From positions 1,549,576-1,613,575 of the forward strand of contig JBJCIZ010000028.1 in NCBI GenBank assembly GCA_051294375.1: a stretch of DNA of 64,000 bases, written 5' to 3'. Below are positions 10,327 through 22,814 of the stretch, in pieces (position 1 is the first letter of the stretch; each line of letters starts with the position of its first letter). A program made the position numbers and the translations under genes. The notes beneath the pieces were generated by a model that was not told the DNA's origin, did no database searches, and saw only the letters and a program-made list of their open reading frames with translations. This stretch comes from Paraspadella gotoi (Eukaryota > Animalia > Chaetognatha).

Positions 10327-11255
10327 TTTTTTTTGCTCTGTCTATTAACTTATTTGGCCCTGAAGATGATCAGTCCAATGGATCGAAATATTGGTCATAA
10401 ATAAAAATACTGTACCTGTACTCCCATGTGTAATCTCTATCTAATTCATTATCTCGGTACATGTGATGACTCTCAAAGAAAAAAATAATAATATTAATGC
10501 ATAACAAATGAGTAAGACTAACCCTAAAATTGGATTTGTCTTGCAGTCTCCCGCCAACGAAGCAATGAGCAGCCGAAAGGACCCATCGATCTAAGATAAG
10601 CGTTCCGCCGCAAGAGTGTACCGGAATTCCACCGGCGTAGGGGGGCTTGACTTGCAGGGAAACCTGTCATCCAAATCTTACATTTATCTAAGAAGATTTA
10701 TTGAGGAATTTAGAAGATTTGTAAGATTTAATTGGGAGGAAATGGGTGTGATTGATTTGAAGGGAAACCTGGCATCCAAATCTGTCTTGGAAGATTTATC
10801 AAAAGACTTTGGAGAATTGTTAGATTTATTATCTGAGCGAGAAATGAAAAGGAATTGGATATTAAATCGAATAAGTCAAAATACTTATTGTTTTTTTACC
10901 TGCCAAGGAAATTCACCAAAGCCAGCATGTTGCCCGTTGATTATACGATTAGAGTTGCCGCGTTTTCCGCATTCTGAGTTAAGTATTATAATGATTGAAC
11001 AACTGCTAAACAGTAATTATATTATTGTTAGTGTAACTCTATAAGTTTTATCTTATTTTTTCTCATTGTTCAAATTGTCTTGGATATATATATATATATA
11101 TATAATGGAATGGAAAATATAATGGAAATATTAGGTTAAAAGCGGACTTTCAAGCTAATTATACTGAAAAAAGACCTTTGTCCAAATAAACAATTTTGTT
11201 CACCTTTAAAAGCGGATGCAAATGAAATGAAGCCGATTATAAGAAAAACCTTCAT
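7816..11255 (-). CDS. Secreted S1A serine protease, chymotrypsin-type; exons 11255-11204, 10973-10900, 10663-10523, 10102-9946, 9159-9023, 8444-8310, 7983-7821/7816
   Basis: Signal MKVFLIIGFISFASAFK; activation site R-IINGQ; FPWQVSL, CGGTLI, SAAHC (His), DIALLKL (Asp), SACQGDSGGP (Ser; Ser at position 189). All intron phases are consistent. Confidence 0.92.
10350..10405 (+). ncRNA. Penelope-type minimal hammerhead-like motif (variant)
   Basis: GGCC-CTGAAGA-T-GATC...GATC-GAAA-TATT-GGTC followed by AATAAA. An inverted copy of the 3' part lies at ~10183-10258. Confidence 0.55.
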
Positions 11256-14200
11256 TTTTTGTAACGTCTTGGATACAAAGACTAAAAAAATAAAAAAAAT
11301 TCTGAATCATTTTGAACAACACCTGCGATTTAATCTTTTATTCTCATTGCTTTCTGGGTACAACCTAAAATTTTAAAGTAGAAACTTTTACCATGATGGA
11401 AAAAAAAGTGTCGCGGTTTGGAAAAGCCAGTTAATTTTATTGTCAAATATATTTTTTGGCTAATAAATAAGTTTTAATAGGTAATATGACCTCCCTAAGA
11501 CTGAAAAAAATGATTATTTCTCAACAGCATTAAATTATTCAATGCATTCAAATACTTCCAAAAGAGGTTGTCTATAACGGTTTTCACTTCTTTTTGATTA
11601 AGAGAACTACTCATATTATTGTTAAAATTATATCTCTGACATGATATTTTTTTTCAGATTTGGGGCAAAAAATGGTCCTTAGCAAGTAGTGAAAAAGATG
11701 GATCCTCTCTCTAAGGTAAACCAGGCTTGAGTTGTTGCTGCATAATGTGATATTTCATTGTCTTTCACTTCAACAAAATCCTTATTTTTTTATTTTTGGA
11801 CTTGTTTGATACTTGAATCTCTCCAGTTGATCATTTCTTATGTTGAAAAAGAAAACATTTATTATTTCATATTTGGCAGTTTTCATTTTAAAAGTTTAGG
11901 GGCCGTGTCCCTTTCAAAAATTTCAAAAATGTAAAGAACAAAAACTCGACTTGCTTGACAAAAGTTGGCCAATTGAAAACTTTTTAAAAAATGTATGGCA
12001 AGAAAAAAATTGCGCTGGAAACATCGAAGCTTATAATTGAGTAGTTTGGAAGCTCAAATAGTTCAGGCAAAAACGACGACGATAACAAAGACGACAAATA
12101 CAAAAACGAAAATGACGAATTTTTTTTTTTAAATTTGTTTAAATTATTTAAATTCCCCTTTTAAAGGGAACTCTCATTAAGAGAGGTGCTTCAGAGCCTG
12201 GGGCCTGAAGGGGAATCTATAAAATTATTTTTTAGCATAATTCCTTATTAAATTTTTATTCCAGTTGATCATTTCCTATGTTGAGAAAGAAATAAGTCAC
12301 GATGACATGTAAGAAATTGGCTACACCATGCATTGTCAAGATACTCAATTTTTACTTTCTTTCAGCTCAATTTTGTATGTGAATGGAAAAGAGCTTTGTT
12401 GGATCTTTTACCTGGTGACCACTAGGCTTACACCGACCTTTTTCTTTTGTTCAATCTTGAAAAAAGGTTTCAGATGAGCAGAAGGAAGGATATCGAGTTG
12501 CCATTATTTTTTATTTTATATTTGCCAGTTCTCTTTTGAAAGGTTCCCTGGCCTAGCCCCTTTGGAAGAGAATTCCATAAAAATAGCTCAAAAATGTTAA
12601 GAACAAAACTGTGCATTGTCAAGATACTCAATCTTTACTCTCTTTGAGCTCAATCTCATATATGAATGGAAAAGAACTTTGTTTGATTTTTTACCTGGTG
12701 ACCACTAGGCTTACAACAACCTTTATCTTTTGTTCAAACTTGAAAAAATGTTTCATAAAAGCAGAAGGAATGCTATCCAGTCACTATTATTTAGAAAAAA
12801 GCTCTTTTAGAGTTTCTTTTCCAAAGCAATTAAAATTTTGTTGATTTGCTAGTTGTCTTGATTACTTTGTTGTTTTTCCTTTTGCTAATAATCATAGATA
12901 TACCAAGATACATACCAATTTTAATCAAGGGAAAGACCTTCAATAAAATCGACTCAAGATGTGCTGTTGAGCCAGAGTTATAACTTTTGTTTAAAAAACT
13001 TGGAGACGAGGCTTTCCTGGCTTTCCATTGCATAGAAAACAGAAAATGCTGATAATCAGAAACAGAATAAGTTTTGGGACTAACTTTTTATCATCAAAAG
13101 TCAAATACTAGTTGCCATTGTTTTTTTAAAAAGTCTTCAGTTTAATCCTTAATAGTTATGATTCAAGATTTTAAAACTCTGGCTTCTCATTCTGCAGTAA
13201 AAATGAATCAAAACTTGAATTGCTTGATAAAGGTTGGCCAACTGAAAAGTTTTTCAAAAAGGCATGGCAAGAAAAAAATATTGCTGGAAATATCGAAGCT
13301 TATAATTGAGTAGTTTCAATTTGTTTAAAGTATGTACCTTCCCCTTTCATAGGGAACTCTCATTAAGAGAGGTGCTTCAGAGCCTTGTGCCTGAAGGGAA
13401 ATCTATAAATCCTGTTCATATAAAGTCACTTTTTTGTATAATCCTTTGTTAATTTTTTTCTTCAGTTGATCATTTCCTATGTTGGGAAAGAAACTGCATT
13501 TATTAGTTATATTTGCCAGTTTCCTTTTGAAAGTTCCCTGGCCTTGCCCCTTTCGAAGAGAATTTCATAAAAATAGCTCAAAAATGTTAAGAACAAAACC
13601 GTGCATTGTCAAGATACTAAATTTTTACTTTCTTTCAGCTCAATATTATAAGTGAATGGAAAAGAGCTTTGTTTGATCTTTTACCTGGTGACCACTAGGC
13701 TTACAACAACCTTTATCTTTTGTTCAATCTTGAAAAAGGTTTTAAAAAAGCAGAAGGAAGGCTATCCAATCACTATTATCTAGAAAAAAGCTCTTTTAGA
13801 GTTTCCTTCCAAAGTAATTAAACTTTTTTGATTCACATGTTATCATTATGACTTTGTTGTTTTTCTTTTTGCTAATAATCATAGATACACCAAGATACAT
13901 ACCAATTTTAATCAATTTCAATAAACTCGACTCAAGATGTCCTGGTTGAGTCAGAGTCAGAACTTTTGTTCGAAAACTTTGAGACGAGGCTTTCTTGGCT
14001 TGCCATTTGCATAGAAAACTGAAAATGCTGATAATCAGAAGCAAAATAAGTTTTGGGACTAACTTTTTATCATCAAAAGTCAAATACTAGTTGCCATTGT
14101 TTTTTTAAAAAGTCTTCAGTTTAATCCTTAATAGTTATGATTCAAGATTTTAAAGCTTTGGCTTCCCATTCTGCAGAGAAATTGATCAAAACTTAAATTG

Positions 14201-14933
14201 CTTGATAAATGTTGGCCAACTGAAAACTTTTTCAAAAAGGTATGGCAAGAAAAAAATATTGCTGGAAATATCGAAGCTTATAATTGAGTAGTTTCATTTG
14301 TTTAAAGTATGTATCTTCCCCTTTCATAGGGAACTCTCATTAAGAGAGGTGCTTCAGAGCCTTGTGCCTGAAGGGAAATCTATAAATCCTGCTCATATAA
14401 AATTTTTTTTTGCATAATCTTTAATAAATTTTTTCTCCAGTTGCTCATTTCTTATGTGGGGAAAGAAAACTACATTTATTATTTTATAGTTGGTATTTCC
14501 CTTGAAATGTTCCCTGGCCTCGCCCATTTTGAATAGAAATTCATAAAATAGCTTTGTAATTTTTTAACAAGCTTTGCCTTAACTGCTTACAAATGAATTG
14601 TCAAGACCTATGAAAGAAATGATCATTCGGCAAGTGCCCATCCAAAAATTACTCTAAGCTGTCATAATTCAGCAAAGTTTGGTACAGGATTTAAACAATT
14701 TTTTGAGTACATTCATTTTTTCAAAGTATGTATATATCTCTTTCATCAAGATATTTCTCTCAAGTAGAGAGTTCTTTCAGAGCCTTGAGCCTGATTGAAA
14801 AATATATAAGAAGAGATATTATTTTCTTTCTTTTTTTAAAATTAATTGTAGTTTTCAATCATGTATACATATTTATATTTTGGATGTCGTCCCTATTTTT
14901 TTCTTCAGCTTTCAGAAAATAGAAATTAGAAAA

Positions 14934-15052
14934 AGCCTACAACACCCGGGATTCCCAGGCGGTCACCCATCCAAGTACTAACCGGGCCCGACGTTGCTTA
15001 ACTTCGGTGATCAGACGAGAACCGGTGTATTCAACGTGGTATGGTCGTAGGC
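14934..15052 (-). rRNA. 5S rRNA: 5S rRNA
   Basis: GCCTACGACCATACCACGTTGAATACACCGGTTCTCGTCTGATCACCGAAGTTAAGCAACGTCGGGCCCGGTTAGTACTTGGATGGGTGACCGCCTGGGAATCCCGGGTGTTGTAGGCT followed by an oligo-T terminator. Confidence 0.98.
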
Positions 15053-17213
15053 ACAGAAGGACGCATATCAAGTTGCCATTATCTAGAAAAGGGCTCTTTT
15101 AGAGTTTCTTTTCCAAAGCAATTAAACTTTTTTGATTCGCATGTTGTCTGATGACTTAGTTGTTTCTATTTTTGCTATTAATAGATAAACCAAGATTCAT
15201 ACCAATTTTGCTCAAGGAAAATACCTTCAATAAAATTGACTCAAGATGTGCGGTTGAGTCAGAGTTAAAACTTTTGTTCAAAAACTTGGAGACGAGGCTT
15301 TCTTTGCTCCATTTGCATAGAAAACAAAAAATGCTGATAATCAGAAGCAGAATAAGTTTTGGACTAACTTTTTATCATCAAAAGTCAAATACTATTGCAA
15401 TTGTTTTTTAAAATATTTAGGTTAATCTTTAATAGTTATAATTCAAGACTGCAAAACTGTGGCTTCTCATTCTTTAGTAAAAATGGATCAAAACTGTACT
15501 TGCTTGATAAAAGTTGGCCAACTAAAAACTTTTTCAAAAAGGTATGGCATGAAAAAATTTGTGCCAAAAACATCGAAGCTTATAATTGAGTAGTTTCAAT
15601 TTGTTTAAAGTATGTATCTTCCCCTTTCATAGGGAACTCTCATAAGAGAGGTGCTTCAGAGCCTTGTGCCTGAAGGGAAATCTATAAATCCTGCTCATAT
15701 AATGTCACTTTTTTATATAATCCTTTGTTAATTTTTTTCTTCAGTTGATCATTTCCTATGTTGGGAAAGAAACTGCATTTATTAGTTTATATTTGCCAGT
15801 TTCCTTTTGAAAGGTTCCCTGGCCCTCCTTTCGAAGAGAATTTATAAAAAAAGCTCAAAAATGTTAAGAACAAAACCGTGCATTGTCAAGATACGAAATT
15901 TTTATTTCTTTCAGCTCAATTTTAAGTGAATGGAAAAGAGCTTTGTTTGATCTTTTACCTGGTGACACATAGGCTTACAACAACCTTTATCTTTTGTTTA
16001 ATCTTGAAAAAAGTTTTAAAAAAAGCAGAAGGAAGGCTATCCAGTCACTATTATCTAGAAAAAAGCTCTTTTAGAGTTTCCTTTCCAAAATAATTAAACT
16101 TTTTTGATTCACATGTTATCATGATGACTTTGTTGTTTTTTTTTGCTAATAATCATAGATACACCAAGATACATACCAATTTTAATCATTTTTAATAAAC
16201 TCGACTCAAGATGTCCGCTTGAGTCAGAGTCAGAACTTTTGTTCGAAAACGTTGAGACGAGGCTTTCTTGGCTTGCCATTTGCATAGAAAACTGAAAATG
16301 CTGATAATCAGAAGCAAAAAAGTTTTGGGACTAACTTTTTATCATCAAAAGTCAAATACACGTTGCAATTGTTTTTTAAAAAGTCTTCAGTTTAATCCTT
16401 AATAGTTATGCTTCAAGATTTTAAAGCTCTGGCTTCTCATTCTGCAGTAAAAATTGATCAAAACTTAAATTGCTTGATAAATGTTGGCCAACTGAAAACT
16501 TTTTCAAAAAGCATGGCAAGAAAAAAATATTGCTGGAAATATCGAAGCTTATAATTGAGTAGTTTCAATTTGTTTAAAGTATGTATCTTCCCCTTTCATA
16601 GGGAACCCTCATTAAGAGAGGTGCTTCAGAGCCTTGTGCCTGAAGGGAAATCTATAAATCCTGCTCATATAAAATTATTTTTTTGATAATCTCTTAATAA
16701 ATTTTTTCTCCAGTTGCTCATTTCTTATGTGGGGAAAGAAAACTACATTTATTATTTTATAGATTGGTATTCCCTTTGAAATTTTCCCTGGCCTCGCCCA
16801 TTTTGAATAGAAATTCATAAAAATAGCTTTGTAATTTTTTAACAAGCTTTGCCGTTAACTGGCTTACAAATGAATTGTCAAGACCTATGAAGAAATGATC
16901 ATTCGGCAAGTGCCCATCCAAAAATTACTCTAAGCTGTCATAATTCAGCAAAGTTTGGTACAGGATTTAAACAATTTTTTGAGTACATTCAATTTTCTCA
17001 AAGTATGTATATATCTCTTTCATCAAGATATTTCTCTCAAGTAGAGAGTTCTTTCAGAGCCTTGAGCCTGATTGAAAATATATATAAGAAGAGATTACTA
17101 TTTTTTTTTCTTTTTTAAAATTAATTGTATTTTCATATCATGTATACATATTTATATTTTGGATGTCGTCCCTATTTTTTTCTTCTAGCTTTCAGAAATA
17201 AGAAATTAGAAAA

Positions 17214-17331
17214 AGCCTACAACACCCGGGATTCCCAGGCGGTCACCCATCCAAGTACTAACCGGGCCCGACGTTGCTTAACTTCGGTGATCAGACGAGA
17301 ACCGGTGTATTCAACGTGGTATGTCGTAGGC
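17214..17331 (-). rRNA. 5S rRNA: 5S rRNA, second copy (1-nt deletion near 5' end)
   Basis: Identical to the first copy except GACAT for GACCAT; oligo-T terminator present. Confidence 0.95.
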
Positions 17332-18949
17332 ACAGAAGGATGCATATAAAGTTGCCATTATCTAGTAAAGAGCTCTTTTAGAGATTCTTTTCCAAAGCAA
17401 TTAAACTTTTTTGATTCGTTGTTTCTATTTTTGCTATTAATAGATAAACCAAGATTCATACCAATTTTGCTCAAGGAAAATACCTTCAATAAAATTGACT
17501 TCAGATGTGCGGTTGAGTCAGAGTTAAAACTTTTGTTTAAAAACTTTGAGATGAGGCTTTCTTTGCTTTCCATTTGCATAGAAAACAGAAAATGCTGATA
17601 ATCAGAAGCAGAATAAGTTTTGGGACTAACTTTTTATCATCAAAAGTCAAATACTAGTTGCAATTGTTTTTTAAAAAATCTTTAGGTCAATCTTTAATAG
17701 TTATAATTCAAGACTGCAAAACTGTGGCTTCTCATTCTTTAGTAAAAATGGATCAAAACTGTATTTGCTTGATAAAAGTTGGCCAACTAAAAACTTTTTT
17801 AAAAAGGTATGGCATGAAAAAATTTGTGCCAGAAACATCGAAGCTTATAATTGAGTAGTTTCAATTTGTTTAAAGTATGTATCTTCCCCTTTCATAGGGA
17901 ACTCTCATTAAGAGAGGTGCTTCAGAGCCTTGTGCCTGAAGGGAAATCTATAAATCATTCTCATATAAAGTCACTTTTTTATATAATCCTTTGTTAATTT
18001 TTTTCTTTAGTTGATCATTTCCTATGTTGGGAAAGAAACTGCATTTATTAGTTTATATTTGCCAGATTCCTTTTGATAGGTTCCCTGGCCTAGCCCCTTT
18101 CGAAGAAAATTTTATAAAAATAGCTAAAAAATGTTAAGAACAAAACCGTGCATTGTCAAGATACTAAATTTTTACTTTCTTTCAGCTCAATTTTGTAAGT
18201 GAATGGAAAAGAGCTTTGTTTGATCTTTTACCTGGTGACCACTAGGCTTACAACAACCTTTATCTTTTGTTCAATCTTGAAAAAGGTTTTAAAAAACCAG
18301 AAGGAAGGCTATCCAGTCACTATTATCTAGAAAAAATGCTCTTTTAGAGTTTCCAAATATATTAAACTTTTTTGATTCACATGTTATCATGATGACTTTG
18401 TTGTTTTTCTTTTTGCTAATAATCATAGATACACCATGATACATACCAATTTTAATCATTTTTAATAAACTCGACTCAAGATGTCCGCTTGAGTCAGAGT
18501 CAGAACTTTTGTTCGAAAACGTTGAGGCGAGGCTTTATTGGCTTGAGGCATAGAAAACTGAAAATGCTGATAATCAGAAGCAAAATAAGTTTTGGGACTA
18601 ACTTTTTATCATCAAAAGTCAAATACACGTTGCAATTGTTTTTTAAAAAGTCTTCAGTTTAATCCTTAATAGTTATCCTCTAGATTTTAAAGCTCTGGCT
18701 TCTCATTCTGCAGTAAAAATTGATCAAAACTTAATTGCTTGATAAATGTTGGCCAACTTAAAACTTTTTCAAAAAGGCATGGCAAGAAAAAAATATTGCT
18801 GGAAATATTGAAGCTTATAATTGAGTAGTTTCAATTTGTTTAAAGTATGTATCTTCCCCTTTCATAGGGAACTCTCATTAAGAGAGGTGCTTCAGAGCCT
18901 TGTGCCTGAAGGGAAATCTATAAATCCTGCTCATATAAAATTATTTTTT

Positions 18950-19520
18950 GAGTGATCAAACAAGGATATTTAGACGTGAGATATTATGAATAACTAATAC
19001 AAAAAATATTTTGTTCATATAGTCTTGGGAACTGAATAGTAAAATACAATATATTTGTATTTTATAAAATAGTAAATTCTAAAAATAATTTTTTAAAACT
19101 TTTAATAAAGATTCAGATTTTTCATAAAAAGTTAAATCAAAAATATAAAACAAGTTATCAAAAATTATGTTGTCTTCAGCATTTAAAACAGCAAAAAGGC
19201 GGAAATTCAGATCTTTAAACTTATATATGTTAAAACTTTTTAATCATTTTTTGCGTTCTAAACATTAAAGTATCATATAACATATTTTATAAAAGTTTTT
19301 AGTTTCTTTTTGGCAAATCCAAATCTCTTCTTAAAATAAAAAAAATATTTTGAAATTTTATAATTTTATAAGTATAATTCTACATAATAATTGAATTTAC
19401 TTTACTGTTATGCTTTAAAAAAAATTTCAAAGGATTTAAAATTCATTAATTATATATCCATAAGCATAAGCAGCGAAAAAAAATTGTTCAATCGCTCAAT
19501 CTTTTCATCACTCCACCCTA
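18950..19520 (-). mobile_element. Truncated copy of the hAT-like non-autonomous element
   Basis: Reverse-complement similarity to 34516-35142; keeps one TIR (CTCCACCCTA at 19511-19520); the other end abuts the 5S array. Confidence 0.75.
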
Positions 19521-20121
19521 ATTGTCAATGCCGAGGAAGGGCACATCAAATATTGAGAATGTTTTATCCATGTTTTATATATTTTTTATTGAATAAATAC
19601 ACTTTTTAACAATAATGTGATATACTCTTTTCCTAGATAGTAGTACTTGTTAAGTATTAATTATTGCATCTTGTACACACGTTTCATACTTGTGTACTCA
19701 CGTGATCACGTCGAACAGCCACGCGATCAGAAAATAATTGATAAATTATTTACGTACATGGTTGTTCTACTTAATAATTAACAGAAACAATAAGACACAT
19801 GACGCTTCTTGTGCTTCTTTTTCATACTTACGTAAACTCGTGATCCAAATAAAAATTCATCCACGAAAGATAAGTCACAGCGGCGAAACGCCTCGAACTT
19901 GCCCGTTCTTTTTATATCTTATTATAATATTATTATTAAAAGTGAAATAAAATTATAATTAATTGCGCTGATGAAGATTCGCATCAGAACCAAAACAAGT
20001 CCGATATTATAATTCATCTTTGTTTAATTCAACAAACTTTCAAATCGCAACGGAAAGAAAGGAAATACTACATTTAATACACTTAATTAATTAATTAATT
20101 AATTATTAATACAATCAACTA

Positions 20122-22814
20122 TCATTTATTTTGCTTCTTAGTCGGACGCAGTGACGTCTCCCCAGACTTGTCCGCCTTCGCCGCGAGAGCGAAAGTTTTT
20201 TTCGAGTAAAAATGTGTAACGAGGTTAGGGATGGAGTCGAAGGTCTCCTCGTTGGCTTTCTTTTCTCCTATGGCGAATCGATCGTCGGAGCTGAAGGAGA
20301 CAGAGACGGGAGGGAGAAAGGGAGACAGAGACGGGAGGGAGAAAGGGAGACAGAGAGGCGTTGTAGAATGTAAACGTGATAAATACAGGGAGAAGATTTA
20401 ACCGAAACATTCCGCTTCAATCAAGTCAATCAAGCTCACTCAAGAAAATCGGTCATTTTCAAGGTTACAAGAGAATAGTTAGCCATGAAACAGTTTGTCC
20501 ACTGTCCAATGGTTCTGGGAGATTTGTCTGTTACTTTGCTTTCCGTAATTTTGGATCCGGCTGTAGACTTGATACCGCTAAGTGGGTTAAATAATGCATA
20601 TATTGAGGCGACTTACCACCGGTCTCTCTAAACCCTTCCTCTGGATCAAGAGAGAGGAAGGGTTGAGAGAGAGAGACCGGTGGTAAGTCGCCACAATATC
20701 TTCCGTTGTGACATCAGAACATTATTGGGGGGTCGCTACGCCCCCGAGGCGGTTAACGGCCGACCTCGCGGTTCCCGAAGGATACATATCCAACGGATTA
20801 CGAGATTATGTGACTACAAAGTCATTCAATCGAATCAAAATAGAAAGTAAAATCAAATTAAATGTAGTTTAAATAGATTCAAATCAATTTTAATTAAAAA
20901 ATCTATCAAATCAAATCAAATATTCAATCAAAATAGCTTCAATTTAAATACACCCACCGTTTTCTAATCTTCAGATTGTAGGCGTGCCCGTCGTACAGAA
21001 CCGTCATGGAGTAACTCACATCCGGATCTTTTGAGCTGCTCGGTCGCACAACGAAGCTCCCGTCGGCGCGGAGATCCTGGACGAGCCTTTCCGCGTCCTT
21101 ACGGCTCAGGCTTTCGTCAAACCTGCATAGGGGATAGTCTTAGAACCACAGTTTTTTAATGATTATTTTCAAATAAATTTCTCATATCGTGTTAAATGAT
21201 AATATTTAATTGATAAATTTATCACGAACCATTCGAAAGCCGATAGTGAATCGGGATCCTCGTACACTTCTTCCGAATTCTGTGAAGATGAAACGAAACT
21301 CATAAAAAAGATTATTGAAAAACCAGAGCGATGGGTAAATTGTAAGATCATTCTTCCAAAGCAATGATCATTATGATTATAATATAAACCGAGGTGCTAT
21401 TAGCGTTTTGCTTTAGCGTTACTGAAAATTACAATATATTATATAAGTAATTTTTACCAGTTGATAAATACTGATATTATCGTATTATGACGGACTAAAA
21501 TCCACCAACCGTTCATCAGCGGCCATTGGTGCCGGAGGCAAGTCATTCGCCTCCCAACCCAAATGGTCCAGGGTTCTAGCCCGGTGGTCGCCTAGCGAGG
21601 GACGGGGCGCTTAACCCGCCTGTAACACGGTGTTACAACCTGATCCGAAGCTCAGGGACTGCTTACATTGAACGGTTCTGTCATTAACATATAACAATAA
21701 TTACTGTCTCTTCAGTATCGTCTTTTCTGTTTATGCTTACAATAAGCCTTGCAATCGTTATTGATAATGATGAAAATTGACTCTAATAGTAATACAAAAC
21801 CTTCTACCTGAAGAGCTGCAGCCGTCTGCTTCCGCGGCTTCAGCGGCGGCGGCGGCGAACATGATGACGCGGCGTCGAACGAAGTAGATTTAATCGGTCT
21901 TAACGGCGTCAATTTTAACGGCGGCAACTCCGTATCTTTCGGCGGCCAGGGTCTCGGCGAGATCTTAGATTTTATCGGCCTTGGCGGAATAGGGGAAGGT
22001 TCCGGCGCCATCGCCGCGGGCGGACTTTTAGGCGGCAGCGTCGGAATCGGCTGCTGATGCGTTGGCGGCGGAGGTGGCGGCCGCGGTCCGGGTTTGACCG
22101 TCAGCGGCGGCGGCGGCGACCGTATTTCCGGCAGAGACATTTCGTCCGGATCTTCGTAGGGAGCGGGATCCGGCTAGAGTAGAAAGAAGGAGGAGAGCAG
22201 GAAAATTCTATCAACAAATACAGGAAGAAAGATCGTTTGTAGAGGGAGTCGAATATAGTTTGATATTTCTGTCCCTAATTCCTTCACTTAATTTTAACTA
22301 AAGAAATATTTACTATTTCTTAGCCGCTTATGAGATCGTATAATGGCAAAACAACTAACAAGCTAAACTCGAGTAAAACACTAATTTATTATTACTTATG
22401 CACTTATAGTTGACTCAATATAATATTGATTACAAATTTGTTACAATAACATTTCTCGGCGGCGGGATCGGCGGCGGAATGGAAGGCGGACTCGTAGATG
22501 GGAGATCGTCCGGCATGGCGGATGAGACGGGAACCGGGATGGCTGCCGGAAGGGGCGGAGGCGGCGGTAGACGTTTCACGTTACCGACCGGAGGCGAGGC
22601 GAGAGATCTTAAGGACATTAAAAAAGCATCGAATACCGGAATTTAATGTCGCGATACAGGGATATCGCGGTAAAATAAAACAAAATGGAAACAATATAAT
22701 AAATAAATGAAGGATGCAAACTATAAAATAAAATAAAGAATCGACACCTGACGAGAACTTACCTTCGAGGCGGAACCATCGGGTGAGTGAACATTTTAGA
22801 GGCCTCGATCGCGA
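20122..22814 (-). CDS. BLNK/SLP-76-family adaptor: Pro-rich region, YEDP motifs, C-terminal SH2; at least 6 exons, 5' end unresolved
   Basis: Phase-consistent exons give Pro-rich tracts, APYEDPDE and EEVYEDPD, then WFDESLSRKDAERLVQDLRADGSFVVRPSSSKDPDVSYSMTVLYDGHAYNLKIRKRSDDRFAIGEKKANEETFDSIPNLVTHF, an SH2 domain of BLNK/LCP2 type. Confidence 0.8.
20604..20695. mobile_element. Hairpin MITE with TG...CA termini and 4-bp TSD
   Basis: TGAGGCGACTTACCACCGGTCTCTCT...AGAGAGACCGGTGGTAAGTCGCCACA; TSD ATAT on both sides; one TIR recurs at ~23182. Confidence 0.75.
21486..21714 (+). mobile_element. Solo LTR of TRIM family 1 (intronic)
   Basis: TATGA...CTTCA; exact TSD GTAT; tRNA-like segment GGCCATTGGTGCCGGAGG...GGTTCTAGCCCGGTGGTCG. 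Confidence 0.88.

Larger units (their letters stand above)
11740..18950. repeat. Tandem array of alternating ~970 and ~1300 bp related units (5S rDNA cluster, ~2.28-kb period)
   Basis: Marker GTTGGCCAA recurs at ~11963, 13232, 14211, 15512, 16483, 17778 and 18748; the two 5S genes are 2280 bp apart. Confidence 0.9.

Noticed and set aside
13670-13720. Spliced-leader RNA in 5S-less units (CACCAG|GTAAAAG on minus)
   Set aside because: Donor-like sequence only; no clear Sm site or SL stem-loops downstream.
19965-20005. Hammerhead-like CTGATGAAGATTC...GAACCAAAACAAGTC
   Set aside because: The GAAA core and stem II are mutated; at most a decayed copy.
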